A DNA stretch of 64,000 bases, taken from the NCBI RefSeq assembly GCF_009914755.1, contig NC_060926.1; one strand, written 5' to 3'. Numbering within the stretch: the stretch's first letter is position 1; every line of letters starts with the position of its first letter. The translations under genes and the position numbers were made by a program. The notes under the pieces are model-generated. The model made no database searches and had not been told where the DNA came from. It saw only the letters and a list, made by a program, of their open reading frames with translations. The DNA is from the human T2T-CHM13v2.0 reference genome, Homo sapiens. This document shows, one piece after another, positions 1 through 11,539 of the stretch.

Positions 1-908
1 AAAGCTTGCCTTTCACATCGTGTCCTCTTCAGAGGGAATAAAACACTCTAATTTCTTATATCAGTGCATTGGCTAGAAACACTACTTTCACCAGTGGTTT
101 ATTTGAGAGAGACTTGTGCTGAGGGTGAGAGGCCTCAGAGATAGGGCTGATCTCACAATGCACTGAGATCAATATGTAAGAACCTGTTCTCTGTGGAGAA
201 AACAGAAACAGGAATTTGTACACAATCACAAAGGCAGCTTAGGCTGGCAGACAGTGTGTTCTGAACCTTACTGGTTCTCATAACCTCTCTCCATATGTTT
301 TCATAACCTCAGGACTGTTATGTCATGAGGGTGAAGGTCGGGGAGGAAAGACTGGCCCCCAAAAAAGTCAGTTAGGTACTTAATTTGTTGGAAAAAAATT
401 CCTACCAGTATGATAAATCATTGCTAACACTTATTAATCCAATTGAATCTTTTAAGAATGAAAGATGGAGTCACCTATGGTGTGGTGTTTCCTCTGTGTT
501 TGTCTAACTATATGTCAGGCAGCTGGCAGGAAATCATGATGGAAAGGAATCCAAATAAAACAGAATCTTCTCTATCCCTCTCTCAATCTCCTTTATCACT
601 AGTAAAGTCAAATTATACCTAAAAATCAAGTGTTAGAGAATTAAAGTGCGGAAAGACTTTATTTTACATAGCCAAAAAGAGGAGCAGTGATGAATTAACT
701 TTAGTTGCTCGGGATTAAATAGAGAATTTGAATGAATACCTCCTAAAGCTGGAAGTGCAGTATTTAATTGGAAAGCCAGCTTACTACCGCAGTAGGATGA
801 AGAGAGGGAGCGGGTGTGGCTGGCTGCGTCCTCTCAAGTGTTGCTCTGACAGCCAGGAGGCACAGGCTCATAGTGGTAGGTTCCTGTCCCCTCAGAAATG
901 GGGGAAGG

Positions 909-1060
909 GGCTTGGCATGGCATCTCATGTCTGTAATCCCAGCACTTTGGGAGGTCGAGGAGGAAGGATTGCTTGAGGCCAGGAGTTTGAGACTAGCCTG
1001 GGGCAACATAGCAAGACTGTGTCTCTATCCTCCAAAAAAAAAAAAAGAAAAAAAAAAAAG
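909..1060 (+). mobile_element. Alu left monomer (FLAM-like) with A tail
   Basis: TGTAATCCCAGCACTTTGGGAGG...GAGACTAGCCTGGGGCAACATAGCAAGAC followed by an A-rich tail; no right arm. Confidence 0.9.
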
Positions 1061-1199
1061 GAAAAGGAAGCTGCTACCTCTGGAAATACTGAAATGGTGG
1101 TAGAGCACCTCTCAGGTATAGAAATGCAAACATAGCATTATAGGAGATCCTGTAAAATGTCAGGAAGGATTGATTGGCAAAGACTGAAATAAACGCCAA

Positions 1200-1520
1200 C
1201 GCTTATGTTGGGAAGGAAGAATGCAGTGACAGACATTTTCATATAGTGCTAGTGGGAGTAAAGATTGCTGTCATCTTTCTGGAGGGCACTTAAACAGTTT
1301 TATCAAAACTTTGTGCATTTCCTTTGATTCAGAAATTTCATTTCTAGGAATTTCTTGAACAAATAAAGATGTATGTCCAAGGATGTTCATCCCAGTATTT
1401 TTACAGTAGGAAACTAACTATGGAAAGAATTGTTAAGTTAGTTATAGTGCATTCATACACAGGCATAGTACACAACCATTATAAATGATATCTGGAAAGA
1501 CGTACAGAAAAATGTTATCA
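1200..1520 (+). mobile_element. old L1 (L1ME-like) 3' region fragment
   Basis: Degenerate L1 3' motifs GCTAGTGGGAGTAAAGATTG, TTTCTGGAGGGCA, TTCTAGGAATTT, GGATGTTCAT. Confidence 0.6.
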
Positions 1521-1929
1521 GACATTTTCTTCTATGTAGAAAAATTCCAGGATTTTTTAAATAAGAGGAAAAGAAAGAAATTCAGGAGAACTCCTTACCC
1601 TTCAATAACTGCAAAATAAAGCTATTTCCCTTCTTTAATATTAGGGCTACACCGTGAGGCACGTATGCTAAGGATTAAGAAAGCTATTTGCTATAGTTTT
1701 CCCATTTAGAGGGGAAGCCTCGAGTAATTAATTCTCAACTCTTGGAGTCAAGAGACCATTAGAGAGTTCTGCTAAGGGAAAACTTTCTAGCGATTATGCG
1801 TTTAACAAAGCCTTAGAGTGCTTTGCTAACAGTGAATATATTAAGGTTATTTATAGAATAAATGTACATGCAATGAATGAACGAATGCAGTGAATGCTTT
1901 GTAGGGATAGAAGGGACAAGAGAAACCAT

Positions 1930-2050
1930 CAAAACTCTCATTCTACAAATGAGATACTCAGAGTGGGCAACTAGAGACTTGCACAGGTGCACACAGCTAG
2001 TAGGTGGCAGTGACAGAACTAGAGTCCAGGGCCCCTGACCCTTAGCACTT
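1930..2050 (-). mobile_element. MIR
   Basis: CATTCTACAAATGAG...CACACAGCTAGTAGGTGGCAG, reverse complement of the MIR core. Confidence 0.7.
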
Positions 2051-3058
2051 AACACTGCTAAGATCTGTTGTGACTTCACAGAATCAAGAAGGAGCTGTGG
2101 TGTGTCAGATCCCTTCTGTCTCCAGGCCAAGTCCAGTAAGGGCCACTTGGATGCAATCACTAGCTGTTGGCAGGACACTGTTTAAGGCTGTGGTTTAACT
2201 GAGGGCTGCTGATAACCACAGTATTTCATACATGGATGATTCCCAGTAAACACTGGTGGTAATAGTGGTGAGAATGCTGTTTCTTCTGCCCTGGGAAGAG
2301 ACACACTGAATATCTCCTACACATCATCCAAGTCACCTGTGACTGCAGCCACTGAAAGCAGTCAGGGTGGGCTGAGGTTTGCAGTTGGGGAAGTCCAGTA
2401 ACCTCTTTCCTCTTGAAGGACACACCCCTAGCAAAGTCCTGGAGAATGTGGTTTTCGACTGTTTTAATATTCCTTCCCATGATTCCCCTTTTCTATCTGT
2501 TACATTTCCTTCTCCCTACCTCTTTCTTCCCATGTTTTCCAAAAGCCTCCCAGCATGTATATCAAAGGACTATAAATGGCATCAAATAAATCTATGGTTC
2601 TTAAACCATATTAAAAAGTGTTTTAGTATGGAAAATTTCAAATATACACAAAAGTAGAAATCATGCCTATGTCCATATTACTTACTCTCATCAATTGCCC
2701 AAAATTTGCCAAACTTGTTTCAACTATTCCCCCTTTGAACTCTTCCTTTTGAGTATTTTAAAACACATTCTAGACATCATTGAATCTCTGAGAAGGAATT
2801 TTTTAAAAACACAATCTCTTAACACAAACAACTTAACAAATTAACAATAGTTCCTTAATATCATCTAACATTCAATTCACGTTCAAGTTTCTCCAGCCAC
2901 CTCAGAAATGTATTTTTATAATTGCTTTGACTCAGAAACAAAACAAGGTGTAGGTCTATTGTACTTGGTTGATATATTTCTCAAGTTTTTTTAAAAAATC
3001 TATCAATCATGAACTTACCTATTTTATTGAGTAAAATTTACATAACATAAAATTAGCC

Positions 3059-3358
3059 TATTTATTTATTTATTTTTCAGACAAAGTTTTGCTCTTGTTG
3101 CCCAGGCTGGAGTGCAGTGGTGCAACCTTAGCTCACTGGAACTTCCGCCTCCTGGGTTCAAGTGATTCTTCCACCTCAGCCTCCAGAGTAGCTGGGACTA
3201 CAGGCATGAGCTGCCACACCTGGCTAATTTTATATTTTTAGTAGATACGGGGTTTCACCATGTTGATCTGGCTGGTCTTGAACTCCTGACATCAAGTGAT
3301 CCACCCACCTTGGCCTCCCAAAATGCTGGGATACAGGTGTGAGCCACCACACCCAGCC
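3059..3358 (-). mobile_element. Alu (S-type), full length
   Basis: Full antisense dimer with (TTTA)n tail; TSD AAAATTAGCC at 3049-3058 and 3359-3368. Confidence 0.95.
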
Positions 3359-3743
3359 AAAATTAGCCATTTTAAAGAGAAGATTTCGGGCATTTAGTGT
3401 AGCCACAAAGTTGTGCAAATACCACTTCTTTCTAGTTCCAAAACATTTTCCTCATATCAAAAGGAAACCCAAAACCCTATTTGTTAAGCAGTTGCTTTTC
3501 ATTCTCCCCTCCCACCAGCTCCTGGCAACTATCAATCTGCCTTATGTTTCTATGGATTTACCTATTCTGAATATTTCATAAAATAGAATTATAAAATACG
3601 TGTCTTTTTGTCTGGCTTTTTTCCCTTAGCATGCTTTTGAGTTTCATCAATATTGTAGCATGTATCAGTACTTCATTCCTTTTTATGGCTGAATATTTCA
3701 TTGTGTATATATACCACACTTAATACATTCATTTGTTGATGGA

Positions 3744-4110
3744 TGTATTAGTCCATTCTCACACTGCTATAAGGGTTGTACCCAAGAAGAGGTAATTTAT
3801 AAAGCAAAGAGGTTTAATTGACTCACAGTTCTGCATGGCTGGGGAGTCCACAGGAAACTTACAATTATGGCAGAAGGGGAAGCAAACACGCTCTTCTTCA
3901 CATGGCAGCAGAGAGAAGAAGAATGGGCGCCCAGGGAAGGGGGGAAGCCCCTTATAAAACCATCAGATCTCGTGAGAACTCACTCACAATCAGCAGAACG
4001 GGATGGGGGAAACCGCCCCCATGATTCAATTATCTCCACCTGGTCCTTGTCAATTATGGGAACTGCAATTCCAGCGGAGATTTGAGTGGGGACACAGTCA
4101 AACCATATCA
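3744..4110 (-). mobile_element. THE1-family (THE1D-like) MaLR solo LTR
   Basis: TGTATTAGTCCATTCTCACACTGC...ACACAGTCAAACCATATCA termini; 5-bp TSD ATGGA/ACGGA; splits the host L1. Confidence 0.9.
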
Positions 4111-4899
4111 ACGGACATTTCGGCTGTTTCCATCTTTTGGCTATGGTGAATAGTGCTGCTATAACATGCATATACTTGTATTTGTTTGAATACCAGTTTT
4201 CAATTCTTTTGGTTATATACCCAGAAGTGGAATTGCTGGGTCATATGGTAACCTTGTTTAGCTGTTTGAGGAGCCACCAAACTGTTTTCCACAGAGATGG
4301 CACCATTTTACATTCCCATCAGCAACGTGTGAGGGTCCCAAATGTCTCCACATCCTTGCCGCACTTGTTATTTTCTGTATTTTTGAGCAGAGCCATCATA
4401 CTGTGTGGAGTGGTGTGAAGTGGTACCTCCTTGTGGTTTTGATGTGCATTTCCCTAGTGACTAATGATGTTGAGCATCTTTCATGTGCTACTTGGCCATT
4501 TATATATCTTATTTGGAGAAATGTCTATTCAAGTCCTTTGTCCATTTCTAAATTGGGGTTTTTGTTGTTGTTGTTGTTGTCTTTTAAAATCTAATAGTTC
4601 TCCTGTTCTGTCTCCTTTTTTATGCTATTTATTTACTGAATGAACCAGGTCATTTGTCCTGCAGAATTTCCCTCATTCTCCACTTGGCTGTTTACTCATG
4701 GTAAATTATTTGTGGTGTAATTTAACTCGTTTCTCTATCCTCTTACTTCCTGTAAACAGATAATTTAGAAGTAGAGGCTTGATTAGATTTGTTTGTTATT
4801 GTTTTACGGGGGTACTTCACAGATGGTAAAGGTCCATGCCATTTCTAGTGCATTACACTGAGAGGCACATGATACCTAGCTGTCCACTTTTTAATTATC

Positions 4900-5145
4900 C
4901 CCAGTGTATGCTGAGGAACCCTAAGGTTCTGCAGGGTTGCTTAAGGGACACTGAAAACGTTTAATTCAAATTTTGTTTTAAAAACACACAATTGACTATT
5001 GTTTTCTGGACTTCCTTAGGTTGGAGAGGAAGCCAAGTAGGTGAGCCGTTGCCCTCCATCCTCCTTCAGAGTTGCTCTGCATTTGTGTATTTGGGTTCTA
5101 GGTAAGATTTCATCAGAAAAAGTATTATACTAATTTTTAAAAATA
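4900..5145. mobile_element. hAT-Charlie MITE remnant (Charlie4z-like)
   Basis: GAGGAACCCTAAGGTTC and GGGTTCTAGGTAAGATTTCAT motifs recalled from Charlie4. Confidence 0.4.
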
Positions 5146-6109
5146 TAAAATAAAATGAACAGTATAATAAAATACACCTCTTAGCTGATTATGTTACTCC
5201 ATCATAACTGGAGACTTTCGAAGTCAGCAAGACCTTAAGACTCAAAGAGAAAAAAGTTATTTAATGAAGCAATAGGTACACTTAATGGGAGACAGGGTGG
5301 AATCTTTTTGGTGTCCCTGAAATCATACAATAAGGGAATCATCATAGTCTCCCCAGATCATACTCCCCAGATTGCCTCCCATTCATATCATATGTTCCTG
5401 CCTCATTAAATGAAAGTGGACTTTTAATAAAAGCAATCCACATTTTACAGTACAGCCCAAAGTTTTATGAGAGAACCACAATAAAAAATGGAAGGTGATG
5501 TGGTAAGAATAGCTGAGAACCTGGCAATTGCCTCTGGTGTAGTACATAGTTGCCCTTCAGATGCCTTTTGCTGGAAAGATCTCTAATTCTGGTCACAAGA
5601 AAAGATCCTCTATCTTTCTGACACAGAATATACACACTTTTTGTAATATCTTAAATCAATACCTGATAGTCCACTAGGCCTCTTTCCTTGGCATTCTATT
5701 AAAATTGAGCTCCTCTCTGTAACTGAATGTTGAACACATCAAGGTGATGGATAGTTCATCAGTCCCTGTTCCCAGGATTCTGGAGGCAAAGTCTCTAGCC
5801 TTCTTGTGGCAAGAAGGAGATTTATGAATCTTTGCCTCAATTCCAGTTTAATCCTCAAGTATCTGCTTTTAAATTGTCGAAGACCTGTAAAGTCTGCCCT
5901 TCATGAAAACAGGAACAGCAGGATGGACACAGAACTGGATCACATTGTAAGGAGACAGAATGATCACTGAATCCCCGTATTTCTTCTGGGATGAGAAGAC
6001 TTCGGTTCTAATTATCCTATTCGTCTGCTCTGTAGTATTGTTTCTGGACTAGAAGATTTTGCCAGTAGAAGGAACACTTTAGCCATGGTCATTGCTTATT
6101 CATTAAATA

Positions 6110-7203
6110 CAGTCATACGCCATGCAATGATATTTTGGTCAACGATGGACCCCATATACGAGGATGGTCCCATAGGATTATAATTGAGCTGATAACTTCT
6201 TATCATCTAGCAACATTGTAGCCACTGTAACACGTAGTGCAACACATTACTCATGTGTTTGTGATGATGCTGGCATAAACAAACGTACTGCCCTGCCAGC
6301 TGTATAAAAGTATAGCACATACAATTCTGTACAGTACATAATACTTGATAATGATAATTAACTAAGTTACTGGTTTATATATTTACTATACTATATATTT
6401 TTTACTATTAGAGTATACTCCTATTTTTTTTTTTAAAGTTAGCTGTAAAACAGCCTCAGGCAAGTTCTTCAGGAGACGTTCTAGAAGAAGGCATTGTTAT
6501 CATAGGAGATGACAGCTCCATGTGTGTTATTGCCCCTGAAGACCTTCCAGGGAGACAAGATGTGAAGGTGAAAGACAGTGAAATTGCTGATCCTAACCCT
6601 GTGTAGGCCTAGACTAATACATGTTGCTTGTGTCTTAGTTTTTTTTTTTTTTTTTTAACAAAATTTAAAAAGTAAAAAATAAAAATAAAAAAATTAAAAA
6701 TTAGAACAAAGGTTATAAAATAAGGATATAAAGAAAGAAAATATTTTTGTACAGCTGTATATGTGTGTTTTGAGCTAAATGTTATTGCAAAAAAGAGAGT
6801 TTTTTTTTTTAAGTTTCTAAGGTAAAAATGTTACAGTAAGCTAAGGTTAATTTATTACTGAAAAAAATTAAAAATCAATTTAGTGTAGCCTAAATGTACC
6901 ATGTTTATAAAGTCTACAGTAGTGTACAGTATGTCCTAGGCCTTCCCATTCACTCACCTCTCACTCACTAACTGAACTCACCCAGAGCAACTTCCAGCCT
7001 GCAAGCTCCATTCGTGTTAAGTGCCCTATACAGGTGTGCCATTTTAAAAAGCTTTTTATAAAGAATTATTACTATACCTTTTCTATGTTTAGATACAAGA
7101 TATTTACCATTGTGTTACAGTTGCCTATAGTATTCAGTACAGTAATATGCTGTACAGGTTTGTAGCCTAGGAGCAATGGCTATATCATACCCTCCAGGTG
7201 TGT
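6110..7203. mobile_element. Tigger3/Golem-family DNA transposon (Tigger3b-like), left ~1.1 kb
   Basis: TA|CAGTCATACGCCATGCAATGA TIR, then GGTCAACGATGGACCCCATATACG..GGTCCCATAGGATTATAAT, GAAGGCATTGTTATCATAGGAGATGACAGCTCCATG and GCCTAGGAGCAATGGCTATATCA. Confidence 0.9.
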
Positions 7204-7224
7204 CTTCACTCAGACATGATCAAG

Positions 7225-7420
7225 TCCCCACTCTACCCCTTGGTCAGTGTCTGATTTTAGACCAACCACTTACTCTCTCTGTGCTTAAGTTCTTATCGTT
7301 ATAATGGCAGCAGCTGCCTCATAGATTTGTGAAGAATAAAAAAGTTACCCCACACCTACTGTTCATAGCAGCGATGAATACATTGTAAGTACACTTTAAA
7401 TGGTACACATTCATATATTG
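7225..7420 (+). mobile_element. MIR remnant upstream of the V1R
   Basis: ACCACTTACTCTCTCTGTGCTTAAGTTCTTATC..TATAATGG..CTCATAGATTTGTGAAGAATAAA resembles the MIR core. Confidence 0.55.
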
Positions 7421-7590
7421 GAAACCTGTTAATAATAGAAAAAACTTCAGCTAATATTTCTAAGTGTGAAACTAATGGTCAGTGAAGAATACTGGATTTT
7501 AGTTGACATTTTAACTGTAGCACAGGCCTCACGTTCCCCTGCGGGTCCTCTGGCTCTGATGATAAATATCGGTCTGTGGGAACTGACAGA

Positions 7591-8527
7591 ATGGCTGCCA
7601 AAGATCTGGCAATAGGAAGGATCTTCTTATCACAGGCTGTGCTTCAAATCCTGGGGAATTTCTGTTTTCTTTACCGTTATCTCTTCCTTTACTTCACTGG
7701 GCTCAGGTTAAGGTCTACAGAGTTGATTATCAAGCACCTGATTGTAGTCAACTCCTTATTCTTCCTCTCTGGAAGAGTTTGGCAGATAATAGCAGTTTTG
7801 GGGTGGAAACCTTCCCTGAGTGATTTCAGATGCAAACTTCTTTTCTATGTTCACAGAGTGGCCGGGGGTGTTTCCACTGGCACCACCTGCTTCTGAGTGT
7901 CTTCCAAGGAATCACTATCAGTCCCAGGAACTCCAGGTGGGCAGAGCTGAAAGTAAAAGCTCCTAAGTACATTGGTTCCTCCATATTCCTGTGGTGGATC
8001 CTCTAAATTGTGGTAAACATCTTTTTTCCTATGTACGTGACTGGCAAATTGAGTAACAAAAACATCACAAAGACAAAAGATTTAGGATACTACTCTCCTG
8101 TTCATCCTGACAAAAGCAGAGAGTCACTCCGTGCCACATTGCTACTGTTCCCAGATGTTTTATGTTTGGGGATCGTGCCAGTGGCATCATGGCTTTCATT
8201 CTTTACAGGAACAAGCAGCAAGTCCAATACATACATAGGACCAATATCCGCCCCCAGATTCTTCCCTGAGTCCAGAGCTACCAAAACCATCCTCCTTCTG
8301 GTGAGTACTTTTTTTTTCAATCAACTTTATGCCTGCTTCTTCAACTTTCAAGTTTGTTTAGCTCTTTTTAATACTCCTGGTTGGCTGATGGTGCACATTT
8401 GTGTAACAACCAAGTCAAGTTTCCCAAATGTCAGCCCTTTGTTCTTAGGAGCAGAGACTCCAATGTATTCAAGCTTTGCTTTTTCTGGGTAAGTAATACA
8501 AAACTCCCTAATCTCAGAAATGTGTGA
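7591..8527 (+). pseudogene. vomeronasal type-1 receptor (V1R/VN1R family, VN1R2/VN1R4-like) pseudogene
   Basis: Translation MAAKDLAIGRIFLSQAVLQILGNF..RLRSTELIIKHLIVVNS..CKLLFYVHRV..GTTC / LSVFQGITISPRNSRWAELKVKAPK / NIFFPMYVTGK..DLGYYS..FPDVLCLG / ILYRNKQQVQYIHR / PESRATKTILLLVSTF / FPNVSP / FVL..CFFW gives the hallmark V1R motifs. Frameshifts at ~7890, ~8177, ~8250 and ~8437; in-frame TAA at 8004-8006. Confidence 0.95.
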
Positions 8528-8533
8528 ATTATA

Positions 8534-8646
8534 TGTGTATGTACAATCTAAGTCTGTATAGGTACAATCTATGATGTTCTCACAATGATGACACCTAACA
8601 ATCCATTGCTGAGAATGTATCCCCAACATTAGGTGACATATGATTG
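8534..8646. mobile_element. Tigger3-family right terminus (continuation of 6110-7203)
   Basis: TACAATCTAAGTCTGTATAGGTACAATCTATGATGTTCTCACAATGATGA..GAGAATGTATCCCCAACATTAGGTGACATATGATTG; its reverse complement CAATCATATGTCACCTAATG resembles the left TIR CAGTCATACGCCATGCAATG. Confidence 0.85.
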
Positions 8647-8667
8647 AAGTTCTATTATCATTGCTGA

Positions 8668-8714
8668 CATCATCATCATCATCATCGTCATCATCATCAT
8701 CACCATCATCATCA
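8668..8714. repeat. (CAT)n trinucleotide microsatellite
   Basis: About 15 imperfect CAT units seen directly. Confidence 0.95.
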
Positions 8715-9169
8715 ATACGCCTGTATTCCAACATAATGTTGGAAGAGAGGACAACTAATGCCTCTCTTAACCTTCTGTAACTCAGAAGAAAAGGGCTCAG
8801 AAGCCAAGGAAGAAAAAGCAGCCAGTCCAAGGCTCAGATCAGCTGCTGGCCCCACAAACTCCATATATACTGTAGGAACTTGATTGCCTTTTTAATTGCC
8901 CAGACAGAATTCTCATGGATTGGCCATGAGAATTTTGGCTCGATTTCACCCGCTTTTATTGAAACTGATAAAAAGAAGTATATACAATAAAAGTGAATTT
9001 TTAGACACAAATATCAAGGTTTATCAGGCCCCAAGCCCTTTCCCCAAGTCAGTCCCCAACTATGACTGTAAGCCAAGGTGAGCAGATATTGTTAAAAGAA
9101 AGGTCACCTCAGGCACACACACAAAATAAAGCTGCATAACAGGCCTTCTAGGGGCCTCCTCCCTATTTA

Positions 9170-9490
9170 CCAAGGCTGTGTTCCTTATAATATAGAAATC
9201 ATGCTTTGTGTGTACAGAGTTAGGTGTAAAATGTTCATCATGTCCAACAACTGGAGAAAACCTATATGCTCAACAGTGGGAAGACAGGGAAGTATAAGTG
9301 AATTTTGAAACATTAAAAAGGATGCTACAGAAAATGAATTGATGGGGGAAGGTTTTCATGATAAATTACTTACAAAATAAGGCAGGGGGCATTTTATATA
9401 TTTGTACTATTTCTTTTTGGTTTTAGATATGTTTAGTCTTGAAGGAACTATGTATAGTTTATTTGGGAAGAGAAAGGAGATTCTACTCTA
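9170..9490 (+). mobile_element. old L1 3' end fragment
   Basis: AACTGGAGAAAACCTATATGCTCAACAGTGGG and related degenerate L1ME 3' motifs. Confidence 0.45.
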
Positions 9491-10439
9491 AGCCTTTTGG
9501 TATATTTGCATGGATTGGCTTATCAGGCTAGCTAACTGTAGAAGGCACAGACATTTTGGAGCAACGTGAATGAGGCAGAGAGTGAGAATGGCTCCACTTG
9601 GGAAGAGGAGGGAAAGGGCTTGGGGAACAAGCCTAGATCACATAGAAGCAGTGCTGCCTGGTTAATGGGGGAAAGTGCAGATGGAAAACTCGGTGGAGTA
9701 AATGAAGGCTTGGTGTGATGCACCAAACTCCAGACTTTGAGCCCTTCTTAGTTTGGAATAAGTATGTGGGGTAGTAGGGTAATGTCAGGGCCTGGGCTCC
9801 AGCTGATATGAGGTGGGATAGGAGCGACCCTGTGATGTTTCTATTTTGGTGGTATTGTTTTGACCTCTATATTCTTTCTTTAACCTACTTGGTTCTGAGT
9901 GGGGAGACTTGACTGTCCCCTCTTGAGTATCTTAAAGCCCAGGAGTGATGCAACAAACATCAGCTAAAAGAAAACAAGTGGGTTGAGAGGGAGGGTGATA
10001 ATGGCGACAACACATATACGGATCCTTTTCTCAAGTAGCAGTTCACTGCCCTAAATGTACTGCCCCAGGTAGAAGGTGGGTTAGGATTCAGAGCCTAACA
10101 TCAAAGATAGGGTACTTTGTTTCAACAAGTTAAAAAGAAACTCATGGTGTCACTGCAACTATATCTGAAAGGTGTTGGCAGCTTCAAAGGGATTCATTAA
10201 GAGATTTTCCCATTAAAATACTTGGAAGTTTACTAAACTGCATAAAGGTGCTTTTATAAAAGCAGGCCCAGGAGGCATTTTAATAAAGACCTCCAGTTAG
10301 ATAACTGGACCAAGAGAGCTGTGATAAAGGCTTGGAAGGGAGAGCAGTTTGTTGTAATACATCTTCAAGGGTGAAGTTCTTAACCCTTCTCACCTCGGCT
10401 TTCCCTTCTTTAAAATGGTAATAAGAATACCCAGCCTAA

Positions 10440-10580
10440 ACTGGGTGCTGTGTGGAGTGCCTGTTGTCCCAGATACTCAGGAGGCTGAGGCAGGAGGATT
10501 GCTTGAGCCCAGGAGTCCAGCCTGGGCAACATAATGCAGACGTTTGCTCTAACAATAAACAAACAAACAAACAAATAAAA
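10440..10580 (+). mobile_element. FLAM-type Alu monomer inserted in a MIR (MIR ~10380-10620)
   Basis: CAGGAGGCTGAGGCAGGAGGATTGCTTGAGCCCAGGAG, (AAAC)n tail; TSD-like AATACCCAGCCT/AATACTCAGCCT. Confidence 0.85.
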
Positions 10581-11539
10581 TACTCAGCCTTACAGTGATG
10601 TTGAAAGGATTAAATACTATTTTTATTTATTTGTGAACAAAGTCTATTATTACATTGTCACTAATTAATGTTAATTCTTTTATAGGTAATACAAAAGGTA
10701 CTCAACATTACCATCTGAACCAAAATCTGTGGCACTTGGTTTAGAAAGATCCTAGGTTTTCTCTCAGTGACTCATACCTAAAAGACAAGTGATAGAAGAG
10801 GAAGGTTCAACTCAACCCACTCCTCAAGGCTCAGAAGGATGAAAATGGTGAGATGTTCAAGGAAGGAGGTAGTCAGAAGGTCAGGATTTGAATAAGAATG
10901 GAAATATTTTCTCATCCCCATCATGTTCAAGTGATACTTGGTCTTAAGAAGTGAAACCTATAAGGTCTGATAAAATTTTGGAGCTTTCTGAAAGAGTGCT
11001 CAAAAAAGATAAGAAAGAAGAGAGGAGCCATTGTTGAAATGACATACACACACTGTAATAGTGAACCCTGGACAAAGAGATACACCATGATTACAATTTG
11101 GCTTCCAGTCCAGAGACCAGTTCAGCCAAATACTTTGTTCATGTTTTTTAAAACTCAGTGGCGAGTACATAAAAATGTCTGCAACCCTGAAGAGGTTGTT
11201 AAATTCTTTCTTAAGAACAAGACAGAAAGGAGAAGTGATTTACTGGAGTAGGTTGCTGGGTTTTTTATTTTTATTTTTGCTCTTCTAATTCCCAAGCCCA
11301 CAGCAGCCTGTCTAGTTGAATCTTGATTTGTTTTTGTCTTATATGAATGTGAACATCCATCCTCCCAGCAGAGATGGTAAATAGCTGTACACATGTCTGT
11401 CATGAAGTAGTTCATAAATAACCATCATTTATGGGGCTGGTGGGAGGGCAACCTTTGGGCTTACAGAACTACCTGCAGAAACATTATTCTGTGAAGTTTT
11501 TTTGTAACTAAAGGAGAAAAAACATTGATTTTTGTTGTG

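Larger units (their letters stand above)
2610..4900 (-). mobile_element. nested old L1 3' ends (L1MC/ME host with an L1MB insert), interrupted by an Alu and a THE1 LTR
   Basis: Antisense L1 3' motifs: TCTATGGATTTACCTATTCTGAATATTTCATA, GTGGAATTGCTGGGTCATATGGT, TTGTGGTTTTGATGTGCATTTCCCT. Confidence 0.75.

Noticed and set aside
7576-8492. Two ORFs (106 aa and 160 aa) as functional receptor genes
   Set aside because: They are fragments of one frameshifted V1R; neither encodes a seven-helix receptor, and parts are out of the ancestral frame.
7591-8527. Assigning a specific VN1R pseudogene symbol or chromosome location
   Set aside because: There are many similar VN1R pseudogenes; this cannot be determined without a genome search.
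8348-8830. 160-aa minus ORF with a poly-Asp run
   Set aside because: The poly-D is the (CAT)n microsatellite; the rest is antisense Tigger end and V1R pseudogene.
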